Assembly (NCBI GenBank): GCA_022340465.1
Contig: JAJDNW010000085.1
Location: 10,134 to 74,133 of the forward strand
From: Deltaproteobacteria bacterium
Lineage (GTDB): Bacteria; Desulfobacterota; Desulfobacteria; Desulfobacterales; B30-G6
Reading direction: 5' to 3'
Length of the DNA stretch: 64,000 nucleotides
Shown here piece after piece: positions 28,529 to 38,307 of the stretch. The notes under the pieces were generated by a model. It ran no database searches and had not been told where the DNA came from. It worked only from the letters and a program-made list of their open reading frames with translations. The position numbers and the translations under genes were made by a program. The stretch's first letter is position 1. The number at the start of each line of letters is the position of its first letter.

Positions 28529-28864
28529 TTAGATGGGCCCGATTTTGAACTTTATCGTCGTCACCAGATCTTCACCCAAGCCGGCGTTGACCTGCTCGAC
28601 AATCTCCGCCTTCAGAAACCACAACTGCTGCAGCCATGCCGAATCCGCCACGTTCACGATCAACAGAGACCCCTTGAAGACCGCCGGGCGTGCATGCTGC
28701 GCTATCCGCTCTCCCACCGCCGAGGGCCACACCTCCCAGACCCGAATCATTTTGGCATCGCCGTGGTTGCGCTGGGTCTGCAAAATGTCCCTTATGACCT
28801 GGCCCACCTTGACAAACTGACCCTCTTTAGTCCGCGGTTTCGTCACCGGCATCTCCTCTTTCAA
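28529..28864 (-). CDS. DUF721/DciA-like protein
   Basis: 111 aa. The pattern VGQVIRDIL.., W..AVGERIAQHARPAVFKGSLLIVNVADSAWLQQLWFLKAEI matches the DUF721 family as I remember it. Start uncertain (TTG 28864 or ATG 28852). Confidence 0.65.
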   Translation of the reverse strand: MKEEMPVTKPRTKEGQFVKVGQVIRDILQTQRNHGDAKMIRVWEVWPSAVGERIAQHARPAVFKGSLLIVNVADSAWLQQLWFLKAEIVEQVNAGLGEDLVTTIKFKIGPI

Positions 28865-29050
28865 GTGAACGTTTCAGCTTGCGTGCCCTCCTTGTCAAAG
28901 GACGAAATCGTCGACCGCATCGGCAGAAACCAATGCCTGCCCCGCAACAGAAGATTGCCGCCGCTTTGTCTGCAACGACGATTTCGCATCCCACCATACA
29001 AAATTAACCACGCCCTTTAAAGGTTTTAATGCCGGCTTCACCCTTTTTAC

Positions 29051-29079
29051 TTGACTTGGAAGTGAGAGGAACTTAGACT
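29051..29079 (+). promoter_or_regulatory. sigma70 promoter candidate for hflKC
   Basis: TTGACT (29051-29056), 17 nt, TAGACT (29074-29079); ~150 nt upstream of hflK. Confidence 0.35.
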
Positions 29080-29227
29080 AGCTGATGATTTGCGTGAGTA
29101 ACCACGCGATAATAAAATTGTTTAACGCGTCGACCGTACACGCGTTCGTAACCGGTTTTCGCCGTGGGCGGCGAACATCCTCAGAATCCGCAAAGGCAAA
29201 TGCAAACATTAATACAGGATTGAAATC

Positions 29228-30259
29228 ATGAGTTGGGATTGGGAAAAACTGAAAGAACAGCAACAGGCCAAACGCGGCACCCCGCCTCAGATAGACGAAA
29301 TCATCAGTCAGCTGAAGAAATTCAAGCTTCCCGGCGGGTTCTTAATGGTGGTCATCATTCTGGCATTGCTGCTGGGATCATCGGTGGTCTATACGGTAAA
29401 GCAGGATGAGGTCGGCGTCATTCAACGCTTCGGCAAATATGCACGCACCGTAGGCCCCGGTTTGAACTTCAAGCTCCCGGCCGGCATCGAGAAAGTCACC
29501 AAAGTCAATGTCATGCATGTTCAGACGGAGGAGTTCGGCTTCCGCAACCCGCGTTCCACGGATCGTTCCCGTTTCAGTTCCGATACGGAGAACCTTCAGG
29601 TTTCCCTGATGCTCACCGGCGATCTCAATGTAGCGCTGGTTCCCTGGATCGTGCAGTTCAAAATCAAGAACCCCTACGACTATCTTTTCATGGTCAAGGA
29701 GCCGCGCAAGCTCCTCATCGACATGTCCGAAACCACGATGCGCCTCGTGGTCGGCGACCGCAGCATCAACGAAATCATCAGCAAACGTGACGAAATTGCC
29801 GTGGAAGCCAGAAACGCCCTGCAAAAAGAGCTGGACGATGCCAGTTCGGGCATCCAGATCGTCACCATCGAAATGAAAAAGACCAATGTTCCGGGACCGG
29901 TGCAGCCCTCTTTCAATGAAGTCAACCAGGCCACCCAGGAAAAGGAGCAAACGATTTACCAGGCCAAGGAAGACTACAACAAGGCCATACCGGCGGCAAG
30001 GGGCGAGGCCGACCGTACCATCAAAGCAGCCGAGGGGTATGCGTTGGACCGGGTCAACCGCGCCGAAGGTGATACGGCCCGCTTCGTCTCCGTTTACAAC
30101 GAATACGTCAAAGCCAAAGACGTCACCAAGCGCAGACTCTACCTGGAAACTCTCAAAGACCTTTTTCCCAAGCTCGGCAAGAAATATATCATTGACGCGG
30201 ATCAGAAGAACGTGCTTCCCCTTCTCAACCTCGGCAAACAGGGTGGTGAGACCAAATGA
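29228..30259 (+). CDS. hflK: FtsH protease modulator HflK
   Basis: N-terminal TM then SPFH/band-7 domain (VYTVKQDEVGVIQRFGKY..GPGLNFKLP). Confidence 0.93.
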   Translation: MSWDWEKLKEQQQAKRGTPPQIDEIISQLKKFKLPGGFLMVVIILALLLGSSVVYTVKQDEVGVIQRFGKYARTVGPGLNFKLPAGIEKVTKVNVMHVQTEEFGFRNPRSTDRSRFSSDTENLQVSLMLTGDLNVALVPWIVQFKIKNPYDYLFMVKEPRKLLIDMSETTMRLVVGDRSINEIISKRDEIAVEARNALQKELDDASSGIQIVTIEMKKTNVPGPVQPSFNEVNQATQEKEQTIYQAKEDYNKAIPAARGEADRTIKAAEGYALDRVNRAEGDTARFVSVYNEYVKAKDVTKRRLYLETLKDLFPKLGKKYIIDADQKNVLPLLNLGKQGGETK

Positions 30260-31206
30260 AATCCAAAGGTTTTTTAGTCATTATCGCGATCGTCATTTTA
30301 GTGGTTGTTTACAACGCGGCCTACACGGTCGACGAAACCGAACAGGTGGTTATCACCCAGTTCGGAAAGATCATCGGCAAGCCCAAGATTACGCCGGGGT
30401 TGAAATTCAAGCTCCCGGTGTTGCAGAAAGCCAATTTCTTCCCGAAAAATCTGCTCGAGTGGGACGGCGATCCGGGGCAGATACCCACGCTTGACAAGAC
30501 CTTCATCTGGGTGGACACCTTTGCCCGCTGGAAAATTGTCAAACCCATCATTTTCTTCCAAACGGTCAACAACACCTTCAATGCCATCGGGAAGCTCAAC
30601 GACATTATCGACCCCGCCGTGCGCAATGCCATCACGTCCCACCGGCTGATATCGGCCGTCAGGAACTCCAATCGGAAAATGGATATCACCGAAATCGATA
30701 TGGAAGACGACACCAGGACACAACGTGCCACCTTCGCCATCAAGATCGGCCGCTCGCAAATCATCAAAAGCATTCTCGAACAGGCCAGGCCCAAACTGGA
30801 AGCTTTCGGCATCGAACTGATGGATGTCAAGATCAAGCGCATCAACTATGTGGAAGAGGTCAGGAAATCGGTTTACGGCAGGATGATCGCGGAACGGAAA
30901 CAGATCGCGGAGAAATTTCGTTCCGAGGGAAAGGGTGAAGCCAGGAAGATCCTGGGCGAAAAGGAGCGGGACCTGAAGCGGATTACCTCCGAGGCCTATC
31001 GAACCGCCCAGGAGATCAAGGGGAAGGCCGATGCCAAGGCCACCGCCATCTTCGCCAAGGCGTTCAGCGTCGACCCCGACTTTTACTCCTTTACCAAAAC
31101 CCTGGAAATCTACAGCCAGGCCATGGGCAAGGACAGCGAACTCGTTCTGAGCACCGACTCCGAGTTCTTCAAATACCTCAAAGGCTACACGAAAGCGGCA
31201 GAATAA
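30256..31206 (+). CDS. hflC: FtsH protease modulator HflC
   Basis: SPFH domain (AAYTVDETEQVVITQFGK..TPGLKFKLP); 4-nt overlap with hflK. Confidence 0.93.
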   Translation: MKSKGFLVIIAIVILVVVYNAAYTVDETEQVVITQFGKIIGKPKITPGLKFKLPVLQKANFFPKNLLEWDGDPGQIPTLDKTFIWVDTFARWKIVKPIIFFQTVNNTFNAIGKLNDIIDPAVRNAITSHRLISAVRNSNRKMDITEIDMEDDTRTQRATFAIKIGRSQIIKSILEQARPKLEAFGIELMDVKIKRINYVEEVRKSVYGRMIAERKQIAEKFRSEGKGEARKILGEKERDLKRITSEAYRTAQEIKGKADAKATAIFAKAFSVDPDFYSFTKTLEIYSQAMGKDSELVLSTDSEFFKYLKGYTKAAE

Positions 31207-31227
31207 CCCCCAGTGTTTCAAAAGGAG

Positions 31228-31254
31228 CGGGCCTGTGCACGGTGCACAGGCCCG
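31228..31254. terminator. GC-rich palindrome between convergent hflC and the bS22-like gene
   Basis: CGGGCCTGTGCAC G GTGCACAGGCCCG (13-bp arms); no clear U-tract on either side. Confidence 0.5.
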
Positions 31255-31276
31255 TCTGCTTCTACCTCAATGAGGT

Positions 31277-31375
31277 TTATTTGCCTTTTCGTCTCTGATG
31301 CCGCGTACGGGCCAACAGTTTCCTGTGTTTATGTTTGCGCATTTTCTTTCTGCGTTTTTTAATGACACTTCCCAG
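31277..31375 (-). CDS. bS22-like ribosomal mini-protein (AURKAIP1/COX24-type basic peptide), apparent CTG start
   Basis: CTG GGA AGT GTC ATT AAA.. encodes (M)[31 protein letters not shown]. By memory this is near-identical to actinobacterial bS22 ([33 protein letters not shown]). GGGGGTGA sits 4 nt upstream of the CTG. An alternative TTG start is at 31393. Confidence 0.7.
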   Translation of the reverse strand: [32 protein letters not shown]

Positions 31376-31443
31376 AAGATCACCCCCAATCAAAATTATT
31401 GCGAATCCGTATCGATCCCGAAATTCATTCTTAAAATTCGAAG

Positions 31444-31484
31444 CGCTCAACTTAGGGTATTTATACACCAACCCTAAATTGAGG
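31444..31484. repeat. CCTAAnnTGAGCG-family inverted pair
   Basis: CGCTCAACTTAGGG (31444-31457) faces CCCTAAATTGAGG (31472-31484). The flanks align with the copy at 44371-44420. Confidence 0.6.
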
Positions 31485-31657
31485 ACAGTGTAAATTGATT
31501 TTATAGCACCTCGATCCATGCGTTGTCCACCTTTTTTTCGGCCGGCCGGAGAAAACGGTTCGCAAGGCACAAGCAATATCCAGAACCCGGCGCGCTCCGC
31601 GCCTTGAGCCTTACATCCTCCCAACACGGACAAACCGGAAGAGACAAAGATCATTTG

Positions 31658-31704
31658 TCACGAATACACGAAAGTCCATAAACACGAAAAATACCATGAA
31701 AATA
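31658..31704. repeat. CACGAAA-family element
   Basis: TCACGAATACACGAAAGTCCATAAACACGAAAAATACCATGAAAAT aligns at about 85% identity (hand alignment) with the reverse complement of 56171-56218. Confidence 0.7.
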
Positions 31705-31735
31705 TTCTTACCTTGATCACCCGTAAAGTTTGAAG

Positions 31736-31747
31736 CGCTCAACTTAG
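31736..31747. repeat. CCTAAnnTGAGCG-family half site
   Basis: TTTGAAGCGCTCAACTTAG repeats the core of 31438-31456 about 290 nt away. Confidence 0.5.
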
Positions 31748-31831
31748 TAGCTTGAATGGTTAGCCGGGGTGTGATATCAGATCACATCGGAATTATGCAG
31801 GCGGTTACGGTTTTGACGCCGACACCGGCGG

Positions 31832-32404
31832 TTGCTCGGGCAACCGCAATTTCCCCGGACAGATGCCATGGGCAACACCCGAACATTCAACGCCGATGAA
31901 ATAAAAATCATCAATTCATCCGTGGCCATGGCCGAAGAACTGGTGAGCAACTTTTATAAGATGTCAGCCAGCGAATGGCTGCACCCCAAGTACGACGTCA
32001 AAACCCATAGCGACCTTGCCCGAAATGAAATTGTCGACGGCCCCTTTGCCCAGATCATCCGCTACGAGGGCAAGCTGAAAGACACCTCGCTGGGCTCCAC
32101 CACCTACGATTTTTACAAAATCTGCCTGCAGGACCACGCTATCATAGCCGCTCTCGGAGTGCAGAAGGAGCTGAAACTTTTCCCTTTCATCCTCTACGTC
32201 ATCACCCATGAACTCATCCACATCGTCCGATTCAGCAGGTTTCTGCAGAATTTCGACGCCTCGGAAGAGGAAAAGGTCGAGGAGGAAAAACGTGTCCACA
32301 AGACCACCCGCGACATCCTCAGCCCCCTCAGGCTGGAAGGCATATCCTATGTCCTCCGGTTCTACCGGAGCTGGCACAGCCCCATAGACGGACTGAAAAC
32401 CTGA
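31832..32404 (+). CDS. Conserved hypothetical protein with HExxH motif
   Basis: GC3-rich coding signal. Single HELIH motif in YVITHELIHIVRF; no signal peptide. Start uncertain (TTG 31832 or ATG 31868). Confidence 0.55.
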   Translation: MLGQPQFPRTDAMGNTRTFNADEIKIINSSVAMAEELVSNFYKMSASEWLHPKYDVKTHSDLARNEIVDGPFAQIIRYEGKLKDTSLGSTTYDFYKICLQDHAIIAALGVQKELKLFPFILYVITHELIHIVRFSRFLQNFDASEEEKVEEEKRVHKTTRDILSPLRLEGISYVLRFYRSWHSPIDGLKT

Positions 32405-32446
32405 TTGCGGCATCTGTGGCCGGTCAAAATTCTCCGCCCCCTTGAC

Positions 32447-32474
32447 TTGACATCGTGAAAACACTCACTATATT
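32447..32474 (+). promoter_or_regulatory. sigma70 promoter candidate for the FmdB-type zinc-ribbon gene
   Basis: TTGACA (32447-32452), 16 nt, TATATT (32469-32474). Confidence 0.5.
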
Positions 32475-32536
32475 AGTTCATCTTTTTCGAGACCCGAACC
32501 AAGCGTAAGACCTTTGCGTAAGGAGATGTTTTCAAC

Positions 32537-32839
32537 ATGCCCATCTATGAATACGAATGTGCCCAATGCGGAAAGATCGAAGAGGCCCTTCAGAAGATTT
32601 CCGACAAACCCCTTAAGAAATGCCGCCACTGCAACGGAAAGCTGCACAAGCTGGTTTCACAAAGCAGCTTCCAGTTGAAAGGAACCGGCTGGTATGTGAC
32701 CGATTATGCCGACCGCTCCAAGAAAGCCCCATCCAGCACGGACAAAAAAGTCAGCGAACCTTCCTCATCTTCTGAAAAAAAGGCATCATCGTCAGGAACG
32801 GACACCGCCGGGAAAGCAGCCCCGAAAGCCGTCGATTAA
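32537..32839 (+). CDS. FmdB-family zinc-ribbon protein
   Basis: [22 protein letters not shown] (CxxC..CxxC) followed by a Ser/Lys-rich tail. Confidence 0.85.
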   Translation: MPIYEYECAQCGKIEEALQKISDKPLKKCRHCNGKLHKLVSQSSFQLKGTGWYVTDYADRSKKAPSSTDKKVSEPSSSSEKKASSSGTDTAGKAAPKAVD

Positions 32840-32941
32840 TCAATATTTTCCGGAGGACTTCACAACTAAATCGTATGGATCGACGAGCCCATTTTTTTTT
32901 GATTTGCGGCCCTTTACAAACGAAAATGTGTGATTATTTTT

Positions 32942-32970
32942 CTTAAAAAATTGAGAATCATCCTAATTTA
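32942..32970 (+). promoter_or_regulatory. sigma32-type heat-shock promoter candidate for groESL
   Basis: CTTAAAA (32942-32948), 13 nt, CCTAATTTA (32962-32970), compared with the consensus CTTGAAA-N13-15-CCCCATnTA. No CIRCE inverted repeat is present. Confidence 0.4.
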
Positions 32971-33040
32971 TCGAACAGTTATGAGAAGTTAGCGCAAATC
33001 GTCAACGATCAGAAAAAAAAAGAAAAGGAGAGTTGGAAAA

Positions 33041-33328
33041 ATGAAACTGAGACCACTGCAGGATCGTATTTTGGTACAACGCGTAGAAGAGGAAACCACA
33101 ACCAAGGGCGGTATCATTATACCCGACACAGCCAAGGAAAAACCCGCCGAGGGCAAGGTCGCCGCCGTGGGTAACGGCAAAGTCGGCGATGACGGCAAAC
33201 GGGTTCCCCTGGAAGTCAAGAAGGGCGACCGGGTCCTGTTCGGCAAATATGCAGGAACCGAAGTAAAGGTCGATGGAGATGAATACCTCATTATGCGTGA
33301 AGACGATGTTCTTGGCATAATCGAATAA
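33041..33328 (+). CDS. groES: Co-chaperonin GroES
   Basis: [49 protein letters not shown]. Confidence 0.97.
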   Translation: MKLRPLQDRILVQRVEEETTTKGGIIIPDTAKEKPAEGKVAAVGNGKVGDDGKRVPLEVKKGDRVLFGKYAGTEVKVDGDEYLIMREDDVLGIIE

Positions 33329-33347
33329 GTTAACTGCTATACAGTGA

Positions 33348-35012
<1,665 letters not shown>

Positions 35013-35036
35013 TCCCCCCCCATACCGTTACGAAAC

Positions 35037-35075
35037 AAAACCCCCCACGCCCTAAGGTGTGGGGGGTTTTGTTTT
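35037..35075 (+). terminator. Intrinsic terminator after groEL
   Basis: AAAACCCCCCAC (35037-35048), 8-nt loop, GTGGGGGGTTTT (35057-35070), then GTTTT. Confidence 0.85.
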
Positions 35076-35177
35076 GATAACCGGCATAAATGCTTGACAA
35101 AACACACCAAAACAGGGTAATAAGCGGGGTGTGACCTCCTAAACCGAGCCTTTCAAATTCTAAGAGGGAGACCTGTA

Positions 35178-36242
35178 ATGAATGGCAACAGAATCATGAC
35201 GGCAATCACCTGCTTGTCTGCAGCCTGCATGTTGGTGCTGGCTACAGCCCCTGCCCCGCTGGCCCAGGATGCTCAGGAGACCGTGGAACACGAAGCAGGA
35301 TTCTACTATACCATCCAGAAAGGTGACACGCTCTGGGATCTGTCCGATCATTTTTTCGATTCCCCCTGGCTGTGGCCGGAACTGTGGCAGGAGAATGACC
35401 AGATTCCCAACCCGCACAGGATCTATCCCGGGGAACGCGTACGGCTGTATCAGAAAAAGGGCAGTGACACGTTCTCTCTGGCACCACCGGAGCAGAAAAA
35501 CCAGGTGGAAGAGGCCTCCGCGGAAACCGAGGTTTCCGACGAAACCGCCGGGGAAACGCCGCTTTTCTTCCTCTTTCCCGCCATTGACAAGGTCGGCTTT
35601 GTTACCAAAGATGAGATCGTTCCCCTGGCGACCATCTTCGACATCAAAGACAACCAGCGGCTGGTTGACACGGGGGACAGGGTGTTCATGTCCTACGGGG
35701 AAGAAGACGCTGACAAACTCCAACTCGGCAGCCAGTACACCATTTACCGGCGGTTGTTGCCCAACAATGACAAAAGGTGGAGCAGGGAATACGGCTTCCA
35801 GTATCTCATTGTCGGCAAGGTCGAAATCGTCGAGAGGAAACCGGACTACGTCTCGGGTCAAGTGGTGGCTTCCTACCGGCCGATCAGCAAGGATGACTTC
35901 ATCCTGCCCTATGTGAGGCGTTCCCCCAAAATACCCATCTCGCAGAGTCCCGAGGGGATGGATGGCGAGGTGATCCTCTCCGAAGAGCACGCGGAGCTCA
36001 TCGGCGACTATACCGTGGCCTTCATCGACAAAGGCAGCGAGGACAACATCGTGCCCGGCCAGCAGTACAGCATCTACCACCAGCAGACAGGGACGCACGA
36101 CGGGGAAAAGGTACTCTTTTCACCCATGGATTACGCCAGGTTTATAGTACTTCACACGGAAAAATACGTGTCCACGGTGCTGCTCACCCAGACAAATCAA
36201 CCGGTGTCGCCCGGGGCCCATTTCAGAACACCGGTTCACTAA
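35178..36242 (+). CDS. LysM domain periplasmic protein
   Basis: Signal peptide; LysM motif YYTIQKGDTLWDLSDHFFDSPWLWPELWQENDQIPNPHRIYPGERVRLY; large beta-rich C-terminal region. Confidence 0.8.
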   Translation: MNGNRIMTAITCLSAACMLVLATAPAPLAQDAQETVEHEAGFYYTIQKGDTLWDLSDHFFDSPWLWPELWQENDQIPNPHRIYPGERVRLYQKKGSDTFSLAPPEQKNQVEEASAETEVSDETAGETPLFFLFPAIDKVGFVTKDEIVPLATIFDIKDNQRLVDTGDRVFMSYGEEDADKLQLGSQYTIYRRLLPNNDKRWSREYGFQYLIVGKVEIVERKPDYVSGQVVASYRPISKDDFILPYVRRSPKIPISQSPEGMDGEVILSEEHAELIGDYTVAFIDKGSEDNIVPGQQYSIYHQQTGTHDGEKVLFSPMDYARFIVLHTEKYVSTVLLTQTNQPVSPGAHFRTPVH

Positions 36243-36259
36243 GTCTATTCCACAATAGA

Positions 36260-36446
36260 GGCCGTCCCTGATATTTTCAAGGCGGCATATCAAAAGGATG
36301 CCTTTTTTGTGCCCGCCGGATTGATGATGAAGGTTGGCAGATTACTAATAAAACAAGGTGTTGGAGCGATCATCAATCCTGCGGGGCACTGTGACAGCCG
36401 TGCAGAATGGCAATAATATGCCGCCTTGAAAATATCAGGGACGGCC
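36260..36446. repeat. 187-bp element bounded by 31-bp perfect inverted repeats
   Basis: GGCCGTCCCTGATATTTTCAAGGCGGCATAT (36260-36290) is the exact reverse complement of 36416-36446. The 125-bp interior has a nested IR GGATTGATGAT/ATCATCAATCC. Lies between convergent LysM and ATPase genes. Confidence 0.85.
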
Positions 36447-36482
36447 ATGCACGTCATGTAAAACGTTTTTCTATCAACCACG

Positions 36483-38306
36483 TTAGATCTGTTCCCACGT
36501 AACCCTCAACACCTCCTGGTAGGTGGTCACGCCGTCCAGGAATTTCTTAATGGCACTGTCCCGCAGGGACACCATCCCTTCCTTGACGGCCTGTGCCCTC
36601 AACGCTTCCAAATCGGTGCGCTCCCCCGTGATTTTCTTGATGGCTTCGGTATAGGAAAGCACTTCGTGAATGCCGGTCCGGCCCTTATAACCCGTTCCCC
36701 GGCACCGCTGGCATCCCTTACCCCGGTAAGCCGTAATCTTCCCCGAACGCCCGACCCGCAAGCCCAAGTCGGCCAGCTCACCGGTATCCATGGTGAAGGC
36801 TTCTTTGCAGTGGGAGCATATTTTGCGTACCAGCCGCTGCGCCAGGATGCCCCGCAGCGTAGCCTGGATTAAAAAGGGCTGTATCCCCAGGTCGATCAGA
36901 CGGGTGATGGAGGTCGGTGCGTCGTTGGTATGCAGCGTGGACAGCACCAGGTGCCCGGTGAGGGCTGCCTGAACGGCATTCTCGGCGGTCTCGAGATCCC
37001 GCATCTCTCCGATCATGATCACATCCGGATCCTGGCGCAGAATGTTGCGCAGAATGTTGCCGAACTGAATACCCACGAGGGGGTTGACGGCTATCTGGTT
37101 GAAGTCCTGGTGGATCATCTCTATGGGGTCCTCGACCGTGGTGATGTTGATCTCCGGGGTGTGCAGATAACGCAGGGTCGAGTAGAGCGTCGTCGATTTC
37201 CCGCTTCCCGTTGGACCGCACACCAGCACGATACCGTTGGCGGCGTTGATAATCGCATTGAAACGGATGAGATCGGTGGAGGAAAAGCCCAACTGCTCCA
37301 GGTCCTGAAAAAGAATGTCCGGGTCCATGATGCGCATGACCACTTTCTCTCCGAAGGCCGTGGGCACGATGGACACGCGCACCTCGACCTCGGCCCCCCC
37401 CTTGTCGGTTTTGATGCGCCCGTCCTGGGGCCTTCTCTTTTCCGCCATGTCCATGCGCGACAGGTTTTTAATGCGGCTGACGATGGCCGTATGCACATTT
37501 TTGGGTATTTTGTAAACGGTGTGGAGAACACCGTCGATGCGCATCCTCACCAGGCTTGCCTCACGTTTGGGCTCGATATGTATGTCGCTCGCTTTCTGAT
37601 CGAGGGCGTAAGTGAAAAGGTGGTTGACCGCCTTTACGATATGCTGATCGTTGGAAGGAAGTTCGTCATCCGGGGTGATGCGCACGTATTGCTCCAGGTT
37701 ACCCAGATCGACCAGCGGCGTCGAGAACTGATCCTCGGCCGCAGCAATGGAGCGTTTGAAACCGAAAAACTCATTGATCAGCCTGATGATTTCATTTTTA
37801 GCACTTACGACGGCCCGGACCTCCAGATTGCTGGCCCTGGCGATGTCTTCCAGAATTTCCGAGTTGAACGGATTGGTCGTGGCCACCGTCAGGCGCCCGT
37901 CGTTGATGGTCAGAGGCAGGACCAGGTGGCGCCTGGCAAACGATTGCGGAATAACCGATGTGACGACATTGAGATCCAGCTTGAGGGGGTCGATCTTCTT
38001 GTAAGGCACCTTCCATTCTCTGGCAAGCACCTGGTAGATGTACTCTTCATCGAGGGGCAGGAAGGCGTTGTCCCTTCTTTTGATATGCAGCGAATCGATG
38101 ACATCGATAATGCCGATCGTTCCCGTGTCGCGCGCCGCCGCCGGACCGGCCGGCTTTTTTCCGGCGGACTGTTGATCCAGCGTTTTTTTCAACGCCGCGG
38201 ACTTTTTCAGAATTTCGCGCGCCTTGTCCTTGGCGAGCACCCCCCTGCGCACCAGTATGCTGCAGACACGCTCGTCGGTAAACGTATTTTTCAGGTCGTT
38301 TTCCAT
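36483..38306 (-). CDS. Type II secretion / type IV pilus family ATPase (GspE/PilB-like)
   Basis: 607 aa. T2SSE_N domain, Walker A GPTGSGKST, Asp box and Walker B DPDVIMIGEMRD, His box TGHLVLSTLHTN, tetracysteine CSHC..CQRCRGTGYKGR. Confidence 0.9.
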   Translation of the reverse strand: MENDLKNTFTDERVCSILVRRGVLAKDKAREILKKSAALKKTLDQQSAGKKPAGPAAARDTGTIGIIDVIDSLHIKRRDNAFLPLDEEYIYQVLAREWKVPYKKIDPLKLDLNVVTSVIPQSFARRHLVLPLTINDGRLTVATTNPFNSEILEDIARASNLEVRAVVSAKNEIIRLINEFFGFKRSIAAAEDQFSTPLVDLGNLEQYVRITPDDELPSNDQHIVKAVNHLFTYALDQKASDIHIEPKREASLVRMRIDGVLHTVYKIPKNVHTAIVSRIKNLSRMDMAEKRRPQDGRIKTDKGGAEVEVRVSIVPTAFGEKVVMRIMDPDILFQDLEQLGFSSTDLIRFNAIINAANGIVLVCGPTGSGKSTTLYSTLRYLHTPEINITTVEDPIEMIHQDFNQIAVNPLVGIQFGNILRNILRQDPDVIMIGEMRDLETAENAVQAALTGHLVLSTLHTNDAPTSITRLIDLGIQPFLIQATLRGILAQRLVRKICSHCKEAFTMDTGELADLGLRVGRSGKITAYRGKGCQRCRGTGYKGRTGIHEVLSYTEAIKKITGERTDLEALRAQAVKEGMVSLRDSAIKKFLDGVTTYQEVLRVTWEQI

Positions 38307-38307
38307 T

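Noticed and set aside
31277-31654. Full 125-aa minus-strand ORF
   Set aside because: Only the last 32 codons look like a real gene (bS22-like). The upstream 90 codons traverse repeat elements (31444-31484), have poor coding character and have no homologue I recognise.
32840-33040. CIRCE (TTAGCACTC-N9-GAGTGCTAA) operator upstream of groES
   Set aside because: No such inverted repeat is present; TTAGCGCAAATCG has no partner. A sigma32-like promoter fits better.
36290-36481. 63-aa minus-strand ORF
   Set aside because: It lies entirely inside the 187-bp inverted-repeat element between convergent genes. It has no RBS and is probably not a gene.
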